NCBI GenBank assembly: GCA_017467085.1
Contig: JAFTSW010000044.1
Span: 1 to 59,166 of the forward strand
DNA: 59,166 nt
From: Clostridia bacterium
GTDB lineage: Bacteria > Bacillota > Clostridia > Oscillospirales > CAG-272
Direction of reading: 5' to 3'
The translations under genes were made by a program, and so were the position numbers. The notes under the pieces are model-generated. The model worked only from the letters and a program-made list of their open reading frames with translations. It did no database searches and was not told where the DNA came from. Below, in pieces: positions 47,806 to 56,307 of the stretch; the stretch's first letter is position 1; each line of letters begins with the position of its first letter.

Positions 47806-48696
47806 TTATTTGCGGTTGATAATTTCCTTTTTCTCGCCGTCATAGAGAATAATCCCGTAGCCGGCGCCGTAGCCGCCGCCCTTTTCCATATAAGCAAGCA
47901 TTCTGCGGCGAAGCCCCGTATCGGTGGGAATGCCCTTATGACGCTTTTCGTACTCTATGCCGAACACCCGCCAGAAGTCCACGAATTCCTCGGTATGATA
48001 CACATCGATAATATCAAAGAGGGCGGCAAAGCGGGCGGTATTGGAGCCCTCGGGGAAAACGGTTCCCTGATAGGCAGGAAAGAGAAGCCAGGAGGCACAG
48101 CAGATGGGCATCACGCTACCCGAAAGCTCGTGCTTATAAAACTCGTAGGCACGGGCAAAGGAGTCTAAAACGTCCTCGGGCAACAGCCGTCCCGAGGAGG
48201 GAATGTGGCATTGGTAAACAGGCTCGTCGCGCTTTACGGTAAAATCGCCCACGGTGTATTCGTCAATACAGAAGGGGTGATGGTGGTATTGCAGACGTCC
48301 CAAGGCGAAAAGCCGCTTTTCAAAGAAGGCGGTAAACCAATCCACGAAAACGCCGACCTCGCCCTTTACCTCCTTGCATTCCTTGACCTTGTAGCCAACG
48401 TCTGCCATAGAGGCGTAGAAAATCGCTTCATCAATACCCTCCTCCTTATATTCACGGTAGAGGGTGGGCATAGAAGCAAGCCAAAAAAGCAGATAGAGCA
48501 TATAGAGAGAGGCGCCCTTTTCTTCCGCCAGCGCCTTGATTTGCGCAAGCTGGGGGGCGCAGGAGGCTCTGTCCGTTTCCATATACGCCTTGGCAATGGG
48601 GGCAATGTCCTCCCCGTAGAGCCTGTTTGCCGTCAAAACGGCGCGGGCGTCCTCCCCCGCTATTCCGATTTTCTCTAACAATTCTTCCAAACGCAT
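47806..48696 (-). CDS. Acyltransferase-domain protein (DUF5596 + GNAT-like C-terminal domain)
   Basis: LFALGRLQY, HIPSSGRL, CCASWLL, SNTARF and TGLRR motifs typical of this family. Confidence 0.65.
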   Translation of the reverse strand: MRLEELLEKIGIAGEDARAVLTANRLYGEDIAPIAKAYMETDRASCAPQLAQIKALAEEKGASLYMLYLLFWLASMPTLYREYKEEGIDEAIFYASMADVGYKVKECKEVKGEVGVFVDWFTAFFEKRLFALGRLQYHHHPFCIDEYTVGDFTVKRDEPVYQCHIPSSGRLLPEDVLDSFARAYEFYKHELSGSVMPICCASWLLFPAYQGTVFPEGSNTARFAALFDIIDVYHTEEFVDFWRVFGIEYEKRHKGIPTDTGLRRRMLAYMEKGGGYGAGYGIILYDGEKKEIINRK

Positions 48697-48705
48697 TTCA
48701 GTACC

Positions 48706-49380
48706 TCAGTCAAGCATGGGCAGGAGCTTTTCAAAGCTTTCGCCCTTGGCGATATAGTGGGTTGCCCGCTTAGCAAGCTCCTCCTGCATAAAGTTGTTGG
48801 CATCGTACACGCCAACGGTGGGCAAGCCGCAGGAGGCGGCGCTTGTCAACGCCACAACGGAGTCCTCAAAAACCCAGGTTTCCCTCAAGGGTGTACCCAA
48901 GGCGGCAAGCGCCTTTAAGAACACGTCGGGCTTGTCCTTCCCCGCGCCTACCTCCTCACAGCATACCACGGTGGGAAAATACCCGTCAAGTCCGCAAACG
49001 CGCAGGGCAAGGCGCACCATATCACGGGAGGAGGCAGAGGCAAGCACCAGCTTGACTCCCTTCTCCTTTAAGCGGTCTAAAAGGGCGATGACCCCCTCTT
49101 TCACCGTAACCAGGTTTTCGTAAAACCAGCCAATCATACGGTTGGTATAGTTCAAAAGCGCGGCAGGGGACTCGCCGATGCCGTATTCCCGATGGAGCAG
49201 CTCCACAACCTCCTCCATCAGCATGGTGCGCACCCGCTTATCGTCCTCGGCAGAGGGCTTGAAGGCGGGATTTTGCAAAAAATCCTCTCCCAGGCGCTTC
49301 CAGTATGCGTCCCAGAAAAAGAGGGAGTCTACCAGCGTTCCGTCCATATCGAAGATGGCGCCCTGTATGTTCCTATTCAT
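48706..49380 (-). CDS. HAD-family phosphatase
   Basis: IFDMDGTLVDS, LASAS, GKDKPDVF and VFEDS motifs. Confidence 0.9.
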   Translation of the reverse strand: MNRNIQGAIFDMDGTLVDSLFFWDAYWKRLGEDFLQNPAFKPSAEDDKRVRTMLMEEVVELLHREYGIGESPAALLNYTNRMIGWFYENLVTVKEGVIALLDRLKEKGVKLVLASASSRDMVRLALRVCGLDGYFPTVVCCEEVGAGKDKPDVFLKALAALGTPLRETWVFEDSVVALTSAASCGLPTVGVYDANNFMQEELAKRATHYIAKGESFEKLLPMLD

Positions 49381-49425
49381 CGGCAGCGGCTTCCTTTTTT
49401 CGGTAATGTAAAAAATCGGCGTCCT

Positions 49426-50418
49426 TTACAGGGTGTCCGTAAAGACGGCGTTGGTATTGGCGCGCTTGCCGTTTTCATCCACGGCGGTGAAGCGAACCGC
49501 TACCGCCTCCTTTGCCTTCACGCGCATTTCGGTGACATATTCACCCTCTGCGGCAATCACGCTCTTTGCCTTGGAGCCCAAGCGCGCGCCGAGAAAAAGG
49601 GCTTGGATTTTCTTGACGGGGGAGGTGCGGATATAGAACGAGCCGTCCTCATAGTAAAATTCCTCGATGAGGGGACCTTCGGAGGCGTAAAAATTGCCGT
49701 TGAGCAGTGCCGTGGTGACGTCCTCGTATTTCAAAGAGGGGGCTTTAATCATCGTAAAGCCGCCGTAGGCACCCCATTCACCGTGGGCGTCGTCCGTGGC
49801 GATGCAATAAATGCGCTTACCTGCCAGAAGCATATCGTTATACGCCATAGAGTTATATTCGTCGTGCCCCTCCACCTGGCAGGAGTAATTGACGATTTCC
49901 ATCGCGTGCATACCGTTGTAGCCGCTATAATCGGGATAGCTTTCTCCCGACCAATCAGGATGGTTGTAGGTAACGAAGAAGCCCGCCTCCACGTTGTCCT
50001 TGATAATGCGGCTGATGCACTCACCCGTATAGGAAAGGTTTTGTCCGTTATAATAGCCGATAAGCGCCTTGGGAACGGGCTTGTTCTGCTTTTCCAAAAC
50101 CCAGGCCCCCTCTGCCAGGCAAGCGGGCATATCCTTGTCATTATCGGTCAGACGGATAGCGCACAGGTGACAGGTCTTGGTTTTATCTGCCGTGGCAAGA
50201 CCGAGCTCGTAGCCGTTCAGCGCCAAAAAATGCTCGTCGCTCAAATCGTTGTGGGTAACGAAGGTATCGTGGTCGGTGTAGGCAAGAATGGAATAGCCCC
50301 TTGCCATATAGTTTTCCTTCCATTGCTCGGGGGTCAGTACACCGTCCGAAATCACGGAATGTAAATGCAGGTTTGCTTTGTAAAAATTCCCGTTCTCGGG
50401 AAGCAGATATTTTCTCAT
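49426..50418 (-). CDS. PHP-domain metallophosphoesterase
   Basis: KANLHLHSVISDG, YTDHD, NHPDWS and ATDDAH motifs. Confidence 0.85.
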   Translation of the reverse strand: MRKYLLPENGNFYKANLHLHSVISDGVLTPEQWKENYMARGYSILAYTDHDTFVTHNDLSDEHFLALNGYELGLATADKTKTCHLCAIRLTDNDKDMPACLAEGAWVLEKQNKPVPKALIGYYNGQNLSYTGECISRIIKDNVEAGFFVTYNHPDWSGESYPDYSGYNGMHAMEIVNYSCQVEGHDEYNSMAYNDMLLAGKRIYCIATDDAHGEWGAYGGFTMIKAPSLKYEDVTTALLNGNFYASEGPLIEEFYYEDGSFYIRTSPVKKIQALFLGARLGSKAKSVIAAEGEYVTEMRVKAKEAVAVRFTAVDENGKRANTNAVFTDTL

Positions 50419-50578
50419 AGCGTTTTCCTTTCTTGCAGAAGATGACTCTGCTGCCTTTAGTATATCTTTTTCGGAGGCGCTTTGTCAAGCATCTTGGGCA
50501 ATTTTCTCCTTACTTTCAAAAAATTATTGTAAATGGAAAAAAATGTGCTATACTATACGTATATAGGAGGATACACAT

Positions 50579-52246
50579 ATGCACAACCAATCCAACGATT
50601 TTAAGAGCGCCTTTTCCGAGGCCTTCAAGGGTCGCCTTGACCACGTCAAAATGACGAAAAAGAAGCTTTTTATCATTCTCGGCATTGCCACTGCCGTCAT
50701 TCTCGGCTTTTCCGCTTACGTGCTGCTGGTGCCGCTGAATTTCCATAACGGAGAATTCCGCACCCTGCTTTCCGTGCTTTTGCTCCTTTGGTCGGTGCCC
50801 CTTTTGTTTCACCGTCAGCTCTTTGTCGAGGGCAAGAGCTGGAAGAAGAGCGGCTTTCTCATTCCCCTGCTTCTGGCGGTGGCGTTTATCGTGGTAAATC
50901 TGGCTGTCAGCCTCATCACCTCTCCCGTTTTTATGTCCAAGAGCTACCGTGAGCTGATGCCCGTGGTGGATAACCACAGCTTCACCGAGGACGTCGAGGA
51001 CTACAACACGATGCAAATTCCCGTGGTGGACAGAGCCCTTGCTGAAAAGTTAGGTGACAAGAAGCTGGGTGAGGATAACTTAGGCTCCCAGTTCAACGTG
51101 GGCAAATACTATATGATTTGCCACAACAACAACCTCTATTGGATTGCGCCCATCGAATTTAACGGCTTTTTCCCCTGGGTAAACCGCCAGGTATCCCCCG
51201 GCTACGTGATGATTAACGCCAACAACCCTGCGGACGTGGCGGTGGTCAAAACCGAGCTTCGCTATACCGAATCCGCCTTTTTCAACAGCGACCTATCCAG
51301 AAAGAATTTCTTTAACGCCCCCACCGCCTGGCGGGCGGAGGATGCCCATTTAGAGCTGACCGACGAGGGTGAGCCCCGTGTTGTGGAAACCATTTACACC
51401 AATAAAATCGGCTATCTCAACGGCAGGGATATTTTGGGTGTCATCGTCACCAATCCCTACACGGGCGAAAGCGAATACTTTGATTATCTGGACGCGCCTA
51501 CCTGGATTAACCACGTTCTGACCGAGGAAATCATTATCGACCAGCTGAACCATTGGGGCGTGTACGTCAACGGCTTCTTCAACTCCGTCTTTGCCAAAAA
51601 CGAGGTGCTGGAGGTCAGCACGGGCGTCAACTACGTTTACTCCAACGGCAATATGTACCTGCAAACGGGTATGACCTCGGTGGGCTCGGATGAGTCTATC
51701 GTTGGCGTGATGATGGTGGATATGCGTACCAAGGAGGCATTCTTCTACCGCATCGGCGGCGCAACGGAGTATGCCGCGGCGCAATCCGCTATCGGCAAGG
51801 ACCAGGAAAAGCGCTACGCCGCCTCCGACCCCATTATGATTAACCTGGGCGGCACCCCCACCTACTTCTTGATGCTGAAGGATGACGAGGGGCTTGTGAA
51901 GCGCTACGCCTACGTCAACGTAAAGGACTACCGCCTGGTTGCCACGGGCGAAACCAAGGACGAGGCGCTGGTGGAATACAAAAAGCTGATTGAGGGCAAC
52001 GATACCGCCGACTTTGAGGAAAGAACGGTTAAGGAGATTCTCCCCGTCAGTGTGGACGGCACCACCTACTACTATATGCGCTTGGAAAAGAAGGCAGGCG
52101 ACAGCGAGGACTTTGAAACGAGAGTCTTCCGCGTATCGGTGAAGGTCAACGCAAGTCTTCCCTTCATCAAGGCGGGGGACACCGTGCGTATCACCTATTC
52201 GAGGCTTGGTGATTTGTACGAAATCAGCACCCTGCAAGCGCCGTAA
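50579..52246 (+). CDS. Conserved membrane-anchored protein of unknown function (3 N-terminal TM + large soluble domain)
   Basis: 555-aa ORF with AGGAGG SD. No catalytic motif recognised. Confidence 0.7.
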   Translation: MHNQSNDFKSAFSEAFKGRLDHVKMTKKKLFIILGIATAVILGFSAYVLLVPLNFHNGEFRTLLSVLLLLWSVPLLFHRQLFVEGKSWKKSGFLIPLLLAVAFIVVNLAVSLITSPVFMSKSYRELMPVVDNHSFTEDVEDYNTMQIPVVDRALAEKLGDKKLGEDNLGSQFNVGKYYMICHNNNLYWIAPIEFNGFFPWVNRQVSPGYVMINANNPADVAVVKTELRYTESAFFNSDLSRKNFFNAPTAWRAEDAHLELTDEGEPRVVETIYTNKIGYLNGRDILGVIVTNPYTGESEYFDYLDAPTWINHVLTEEIIIDQLNHWGVYVNGFFNSVFAKNEVLEVSTGVNYVYSNGNMYLQTGMTSVGSDESIVGVMMVDMRTKEAFFYRIGGATEYAAAQSAIGKDQEKRYAASDPIMINLGGTPTYFLMLKDDEGLVKRYAYVNVKDYRLVATGETKDEALVEYKKLIEGNDTADFEERTVKEILPVSVDGTTYYYMRLEKKAGDSEDFETRVFRVSVKVNASLPFIKAGDTVRITYSRLGDLYEISTLQAP

Positions 52247-52334
52247 CCTCTATACGCTCTAAAACCATAGACAGAGCATCACACGAACCCGTTTTATCAA
52301 GGCAAATTCCGTGATATGCTCCGCCAAAAATGTA

Positions 52335-52368
52335 CCCCTTGCTCGGCAAGCCGAGCAAGGGGCTTTTA
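52335..52368. terminator. Terminator between convergent genes
   Basis: CCCCTTGCTCGGC-AA-GCCGAGCAAGGGG-CTTTT. Confidence 0.7.
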
Positions 52369-53595
52369 TTATTTGGCTTTTCTGTATTCCAAGGGCTTTC
52401 TGCCGTATTTCTCTACAAAACGCTTGCGGAAATAGCTTTCGTTTTCATAGCCCACGGCGGCAATCACCTCGCCAACGGGCATATCGGTGGTACGCAGCAG
52501 CGTTGCCGCGCGGCAGAGCCGCCGCTCTAATACGTATTCCTTATAGCTTTTGCCCGTCAGCCTTTTTATCAGCGCCCCCGTGTATACGGGAGAATAACCA
52601 AGGGCGGCGGCAATATCCTTCAAGGTAACGGTGGCAAGGGCGGCATCCACCGTGCTCTCCACGGTCTTTACTGCCATCTCGGCGGCAATGCTGCCGGGGC
52701 GCTCCTTCAAAAGCGGACGCATCGCCAATACCTCCTCCCGCATAGGGATGGAGGGCGCCGCCCCGTTTCTCGAAACGGCGATAGCCGAGGCGCAGGAGGC
52801 AAGGGAAAGGGCATCCTTCACCTTGGCGCCTCTTACTAACTCCGCCACGAAATAGCCCGTGAAGGTATCCCCTGCGGCGGTGGTGTCCTTTGCCTCCACC
52901 ACGAAGCTGGGCTGATGGATTTGCTCCTTGGCGTCCTGATAAATACTGCCCCGCTTGCCCAGCGTCAGAATAACCGAAAGGGCGGGATAGTCCTGCCGCA
53001 GCTTTTCCAACGCCCCGTAGGGGTCGGAGGCACCCGTAATCATTTCCGCCTCAATCTCGTTCAGAATCAGATAGGCGAGCTTATGAAAATCAATTTGGAA
53101 GATGACATCGTTGATAGGGGAAGGGTTGAGCATCACCTGCATTCCCTTCTCATAAGCTCTCTCAATCAAGTAAGGAACGCCCGAAATCTCGTTTTGCAAA
53201 AGGAGAATATCCCCCTTTTCAAAATGGGACAGGGTGGCGTCGATATCCGCCTTGGTAACGGCGGCGTTGGAGCCGGGATACAGGAAAATAGAGTTTTCTC
53301 CCGTGCCTGTAACCTGGATAATGGCGTGCCCGTTTTTCTCCTTGACACGCCCAAGATAGGAAAGGTCCACCCCGTCCTCTGCCAGAAGCGCGGCGAGAAA
53401 TTCGCCGTCCTCCCCGATACAGCCTGCGTGGTATACCTTCGCCCCTGCCCGTGCCGCGGCGATAGATTGGTTGAGCCCCTTGCCTCCCGAATAGATATGC
53501 ATACTGTCGGTGGCCTCGGTTTCCCCGGGCGCCACGATGTGGTCAAGCAAATATACGTAATCGATGTTACAGGAGCCAAAATTCAAAAGCTTCAT
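52369..53595 (-). CDS. rbsK: Ribokinase (PfkB family) fused to a C-terminal AraC-type HTH
   Basis: GSCNIDYV, GGKGLNQ, LLQNEI, NEIE and DTTAAGDTF, followed by TLKDIAAALGYS...VGYENESYFRKRFVEKYGRKPLEYRK. Confidence 0.85.
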   Translation of the reverse strand: MKLLNFGSCNIDYVYLLDHIVAPGETEATDSMHIYSGGKGLNQSIAAARAGAKVYHAGCIGEDGEFLAALLAEDGVDLSYLGRVKEKNGHAIIQVTGTGENSIFLYPGSNAAVTKADIDATLSHFEKGDILLLQNEISGVPYLIERAYEKGMQVMLNPSPINDVIFQIDFHKLAYLILNEIEAEMITGASDPYGALEKLRQDYPALSVILTLGKRGSIYQDAKEQIHQPSFVVEAKDTTAAGDTFTGYFVAELVRGAKVKDALSLASCASAIAVSRNGAAPSIPMREEVLAMRPLLKERPGSIAAEMAVKTVESTVDAALATVTLKDIAAALGYSPVYTGALIKRLTGKSYKEYVLERRLCRAATLLRTTDMPVGEVIAAVGYENESYFRKRFVEKYGRKPLEYRKAK

Positions 53596-53708
53596 CCTTT
53601 TTCCGTCCTTGTATTACTTCGGCACTTGCCGTCCTTTTGTCCCTATTGTACCACAGCCGCCATACAAAAACAAGTCCTTTTTCCACCAAAAAACAGACCA
53701 AGTAAAAG

Positions 53709-53739
53709 AAAAAGAGCGAATTTATCCTTCGCTCTTTTT
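53709..53739 (-). terminator. Terminator after the radical-SAM operon
   Basis: AAAAAGAGCGAA-N7-TTCGCTCTTTTT. Confidence 0.75.
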
Positions 53740-53743
53740 GCGT

Positions 53744-54454
53744 TTAGCGGAACAGCTCTCCCGATTTGCCGTAGAGTCCCGTGCGCAGGATGGAATATGC
53801 CTCCTCCAGGGGACTGCCCGACAAAACGCCCAGCGTTTCCTTCAGATAGGTCACGATATATTCAGGGTTAAGAAATTTTTCGTTATCCACCGTCAAGGTG
53901 ACGGCAAGCAGAATTTTTCCTTCGGCAAAGGAAGCCTCGCTTTTGATAATCATCGGAGAAATATCCGTTTCCTTCTCGCCGCTTTTGGTGCGCTTGAGGA
54001 CGGTAACGGGGCTTCCCCGCAAGGCGGCACCGCACTTCTCTGCCAGCGCCTCGTCTGCCCCTGCCGTTTGCAGGACAATTTCATAGCTTGCAAGGGAAAT
54101 ATCGGTAAACTTGGTATCGGGGTAATACACCTCCTCCACCACGCATTCGGCAGTCAGATTGCGATTTAACGCCTCCTTTACCGCCTCGCAGTTCACCTTT
54201 TTCTCAATTTTCACGTCCATCAGCTCGTAAAGGCTTTCAAGCCCGATAGACATAGGGGTGGAAAAGGAGAAGCGGGGGTGTGGGTTAAAGCCCTCGCTGT
54301 ACCAGAGGGGCAAGCCTGCTCTGACTAAGACCTTTTCAAAGGTGCGGACCAAATCCAAGTGGGAGATATATTGCAACGCACCCGTTTTCCGAAAGCGCAC
54401 CCGCAGGGTGGCGGCAGGGTACAAAATCGCGTCATCGGCAATTATCGGCACCAT
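53744..54454 (-). CDS. TIGR03936-family radical SAM-associated protein
   Basis: RFRKTGALQYISHLDL and YSEGFNPHP motifs. Overlaps the upstream radical SAM gene. Confidence 0.85.
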   Translation of the reverse strand: MVPIIADDAILYPAATLRVRFRKTGALQYISHLDLVRTFEKVLVRAGLPLWYSEGFNPHPRFSFSTPMSIGLESLYELMDVKIEKKVNCEAVKEALNRNLTAECVVEEVYYPDTKFTDISLASYEIVLQTAGADEALAEKCGAALRGSPVTVLKRTKSGEKETDISPMIIKSEASFAEGKILLAVTLTVDNEKFLNPEYIVTYLKETLGVLSGSPLEEAYSILRTGLYGKSGELFR

Positions 54455-56289
54455 TTCGTCTTACCTCCCAGCTTGTTTGCGCCACAGCCGTTGCAATGCT
54501 CGGCACAGTTTGGCGTGGTTTCGTGTCGGTAGGCGCGCTCGTACTCCCGTTTCAGGTAGGACTTGCTGACGCCGCAATCAATGATATCCCAGGGCAAGCA
54601 CTCGTCAAGCCCAAAGGTGCGGTTGGCGTAAAAGGCAGGGTCGATGCCCGCACGGGCAAACACGTCCAGCCATTTTTCGAAGCTGAAAAATTCGTCCCAG
54701 GCATCAAACATCATATTTTCCTCGGCGGCAAGAAGAAGCGCCGCGGAAAGGCGCCTATCCCCACGGGCAAAGACCGCCTCAATGTGAGAAACCTCCGCAT
54801 CGTGCCAGTTGTAACGGATTTTCTTATCCTGGATAGCCAGGCGCAGTGCCTCCTGCTTTTCCTTCAGAGAGGCAAGGGTATCCTGCCCTACCCATTGGAA
54901 GGGGGTAAAGGGCTTGGGTACGAAGCAGGAAACGGAAACCGTTACCGAAACGGGACGCGCCTTGTTGCGGTTGGGGGTCTGGTAGAAGCGGTGTACCACC
55001 TTTTTCGCCAAATCGGCAATGGCAACCACGTCCTCCACCTCTTCGGTGGGAAGCCCGTTCATAAAATACAGCTTAACGTTATTCTTCCCCGCACCGAAGG
55101 CGATGCCCACAGCCTGCATCAAATCCTCCTCGGTGACGTTCTTGTTGATGGCGTCACGGAGGCGCTGGGTGCCTGCCTCGGGGGCAAAGGTGATGCCGCC
55201 TGTGCGAATGGAGGAAACCTTTTTCATCAGCTCCTCCGAGAAGCTGTCGATACGCAGGGAGGGCAAGGAGAGGCTGACGTGTCGCTCGTCCGTCCACTCC
55301 AAGAGCAAATCGGTCAGCTCGGCGATACGGGAATAGTCGCTGATGCTGAGAGAAATCAGGGAAATTTCCTGGTAGCCGCTGTTCTCATACAGGCATTTGG
55401 CGAGCTTGCAAAGCTTTTCGGGGGACTTTTCCCGAATAGGACGGTATACCATACCTGCCTGGCAGAAGCGACAGCCGCGGATGCAGCCGCGGTTGACCTC
55501 CAAAACCACACGGTCGTGGACCGTTTCGATGTAGGGCATCACCAGCTTTTCGGGATATACCGCCTCGTCCAAGTCCTTGATAATGCGCTTGCGTACCGTT
55601 TTGGGCACGTCCTCATACAGAGGCGTGTACGCCTCGATGGTTCCGTCCTCACGGTAGGACACGCTATACAGGGAGGGAACGTAGAAGCCCTCCAGCTTTG
55701 CCGCCTCCCGCAGGAAGGCGGACTTGGTATAGCGTCCGCTTTTTTTCATTTCGGCATAGAGGGCGCAAAGCTCGGGGAGCGCCTCCTCTCCCTCGCCGAT
55801 GCTGAAAATATCAAAGAAATCCGCAACGGGCTCGGGGTTGTAGGCGCAGGGGCCGCCACCCAAAATAACGGGGGCGTCCTCGCCTCTGTCCTTGGCAAGC
55901 AGGGGCAGACCTGCCAGCTTGAGCATATGAAGGGCGGTGGTGTAGCACATTTCATATTGCAGGGTAAACGCCACGATGTCGAAGTCCTTGACCGCATCGC
56001 CGCTTTCGTGGGCAGAGAGCGGAATACCGTACTCCTGCATTTTTTCGTCCATATCCACCCAGGGGGCGTATACCCTCTCGCACCAGACGTTTTCCTTTTG
56101 GTTCAGCGCCTCGTAGAGAATGCGCACGCCTAAGTTGGACATACCGATTTCATAGGTATCGGGGAAGCAAAAGGCAAAGCGAACGTCTACCTTGCTTTTG
56201 TCCTTGATGATACTGTTAAACTCGCCGCCCGTATATCTGCCGGGCTTGCTGACGGACTTCAAAATGCCCGATAATAATTTCTGATTCAA
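54442..56289 (-). CDS. TIGR03960-family radical SAM protein
   Basis: KPGRYTGGE, FPDTYEIGMSNLG, GCIRGCRFCQAG (CxxxCxxC), TFAPEAG, PKPFTPFQW and a C-terminal CxxxCxxCG. Confidence 0.92.
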   Translation of the reverse strand: MNQKLLSGILKSVSKPGRYTGGEFNSIIKDKSKVDVRFAFCFPDTYEIGMSNLGVRILYEALNQKENVWCERVYAPWVDMDEKMQEYGIPLSAHESGDAVKDFDIVAFTLQYEMCYTTALHMLKLAGLPLLAKDRGEDAPVILGGGPCAYNPEPVADFFDIFSIGEGEEALPELCALYAEMKKSGRYTKSAFLREAAKLEGFYVPSLYSVSYREDGTIEAYTPLYEDVPKTVRKRIIKDLDEAVYPEKLVMPYIETVHDRVVLEVNRGCIRGCRFCQAGMVYRPIREKSPEKLCKLAKCLYENSGYQEISLISLSISDYSRIAELTDLLLEWTDERHVSLSLPSLRIDSFSEELMKKVSSIRTGGITFAPEAGTQRLRDAINKNVTEEDLMQAVGIAFGAGKNNVKLYFMNGLPTEEVEDVVAIADLAKKVVHRFYQTPNRNKARPVSVTVSVSCFVPKPFTPFQWVGQDTLASLKEKQEALRLAIQDKKIRYNWHDAEVSHIEAVFARGDRRLSAALLLAAEENMMFDAWDEFFSFEKWLDVFARAGIDPAFYANRTFGLDECLPWDIIDCGVSKSYLKREYERAYRHETTPNCAEHCNGCGANKLGGKTKWCR

Positions 56290-56307
56290 GATAGCCTCCT
56301 AATAGTC

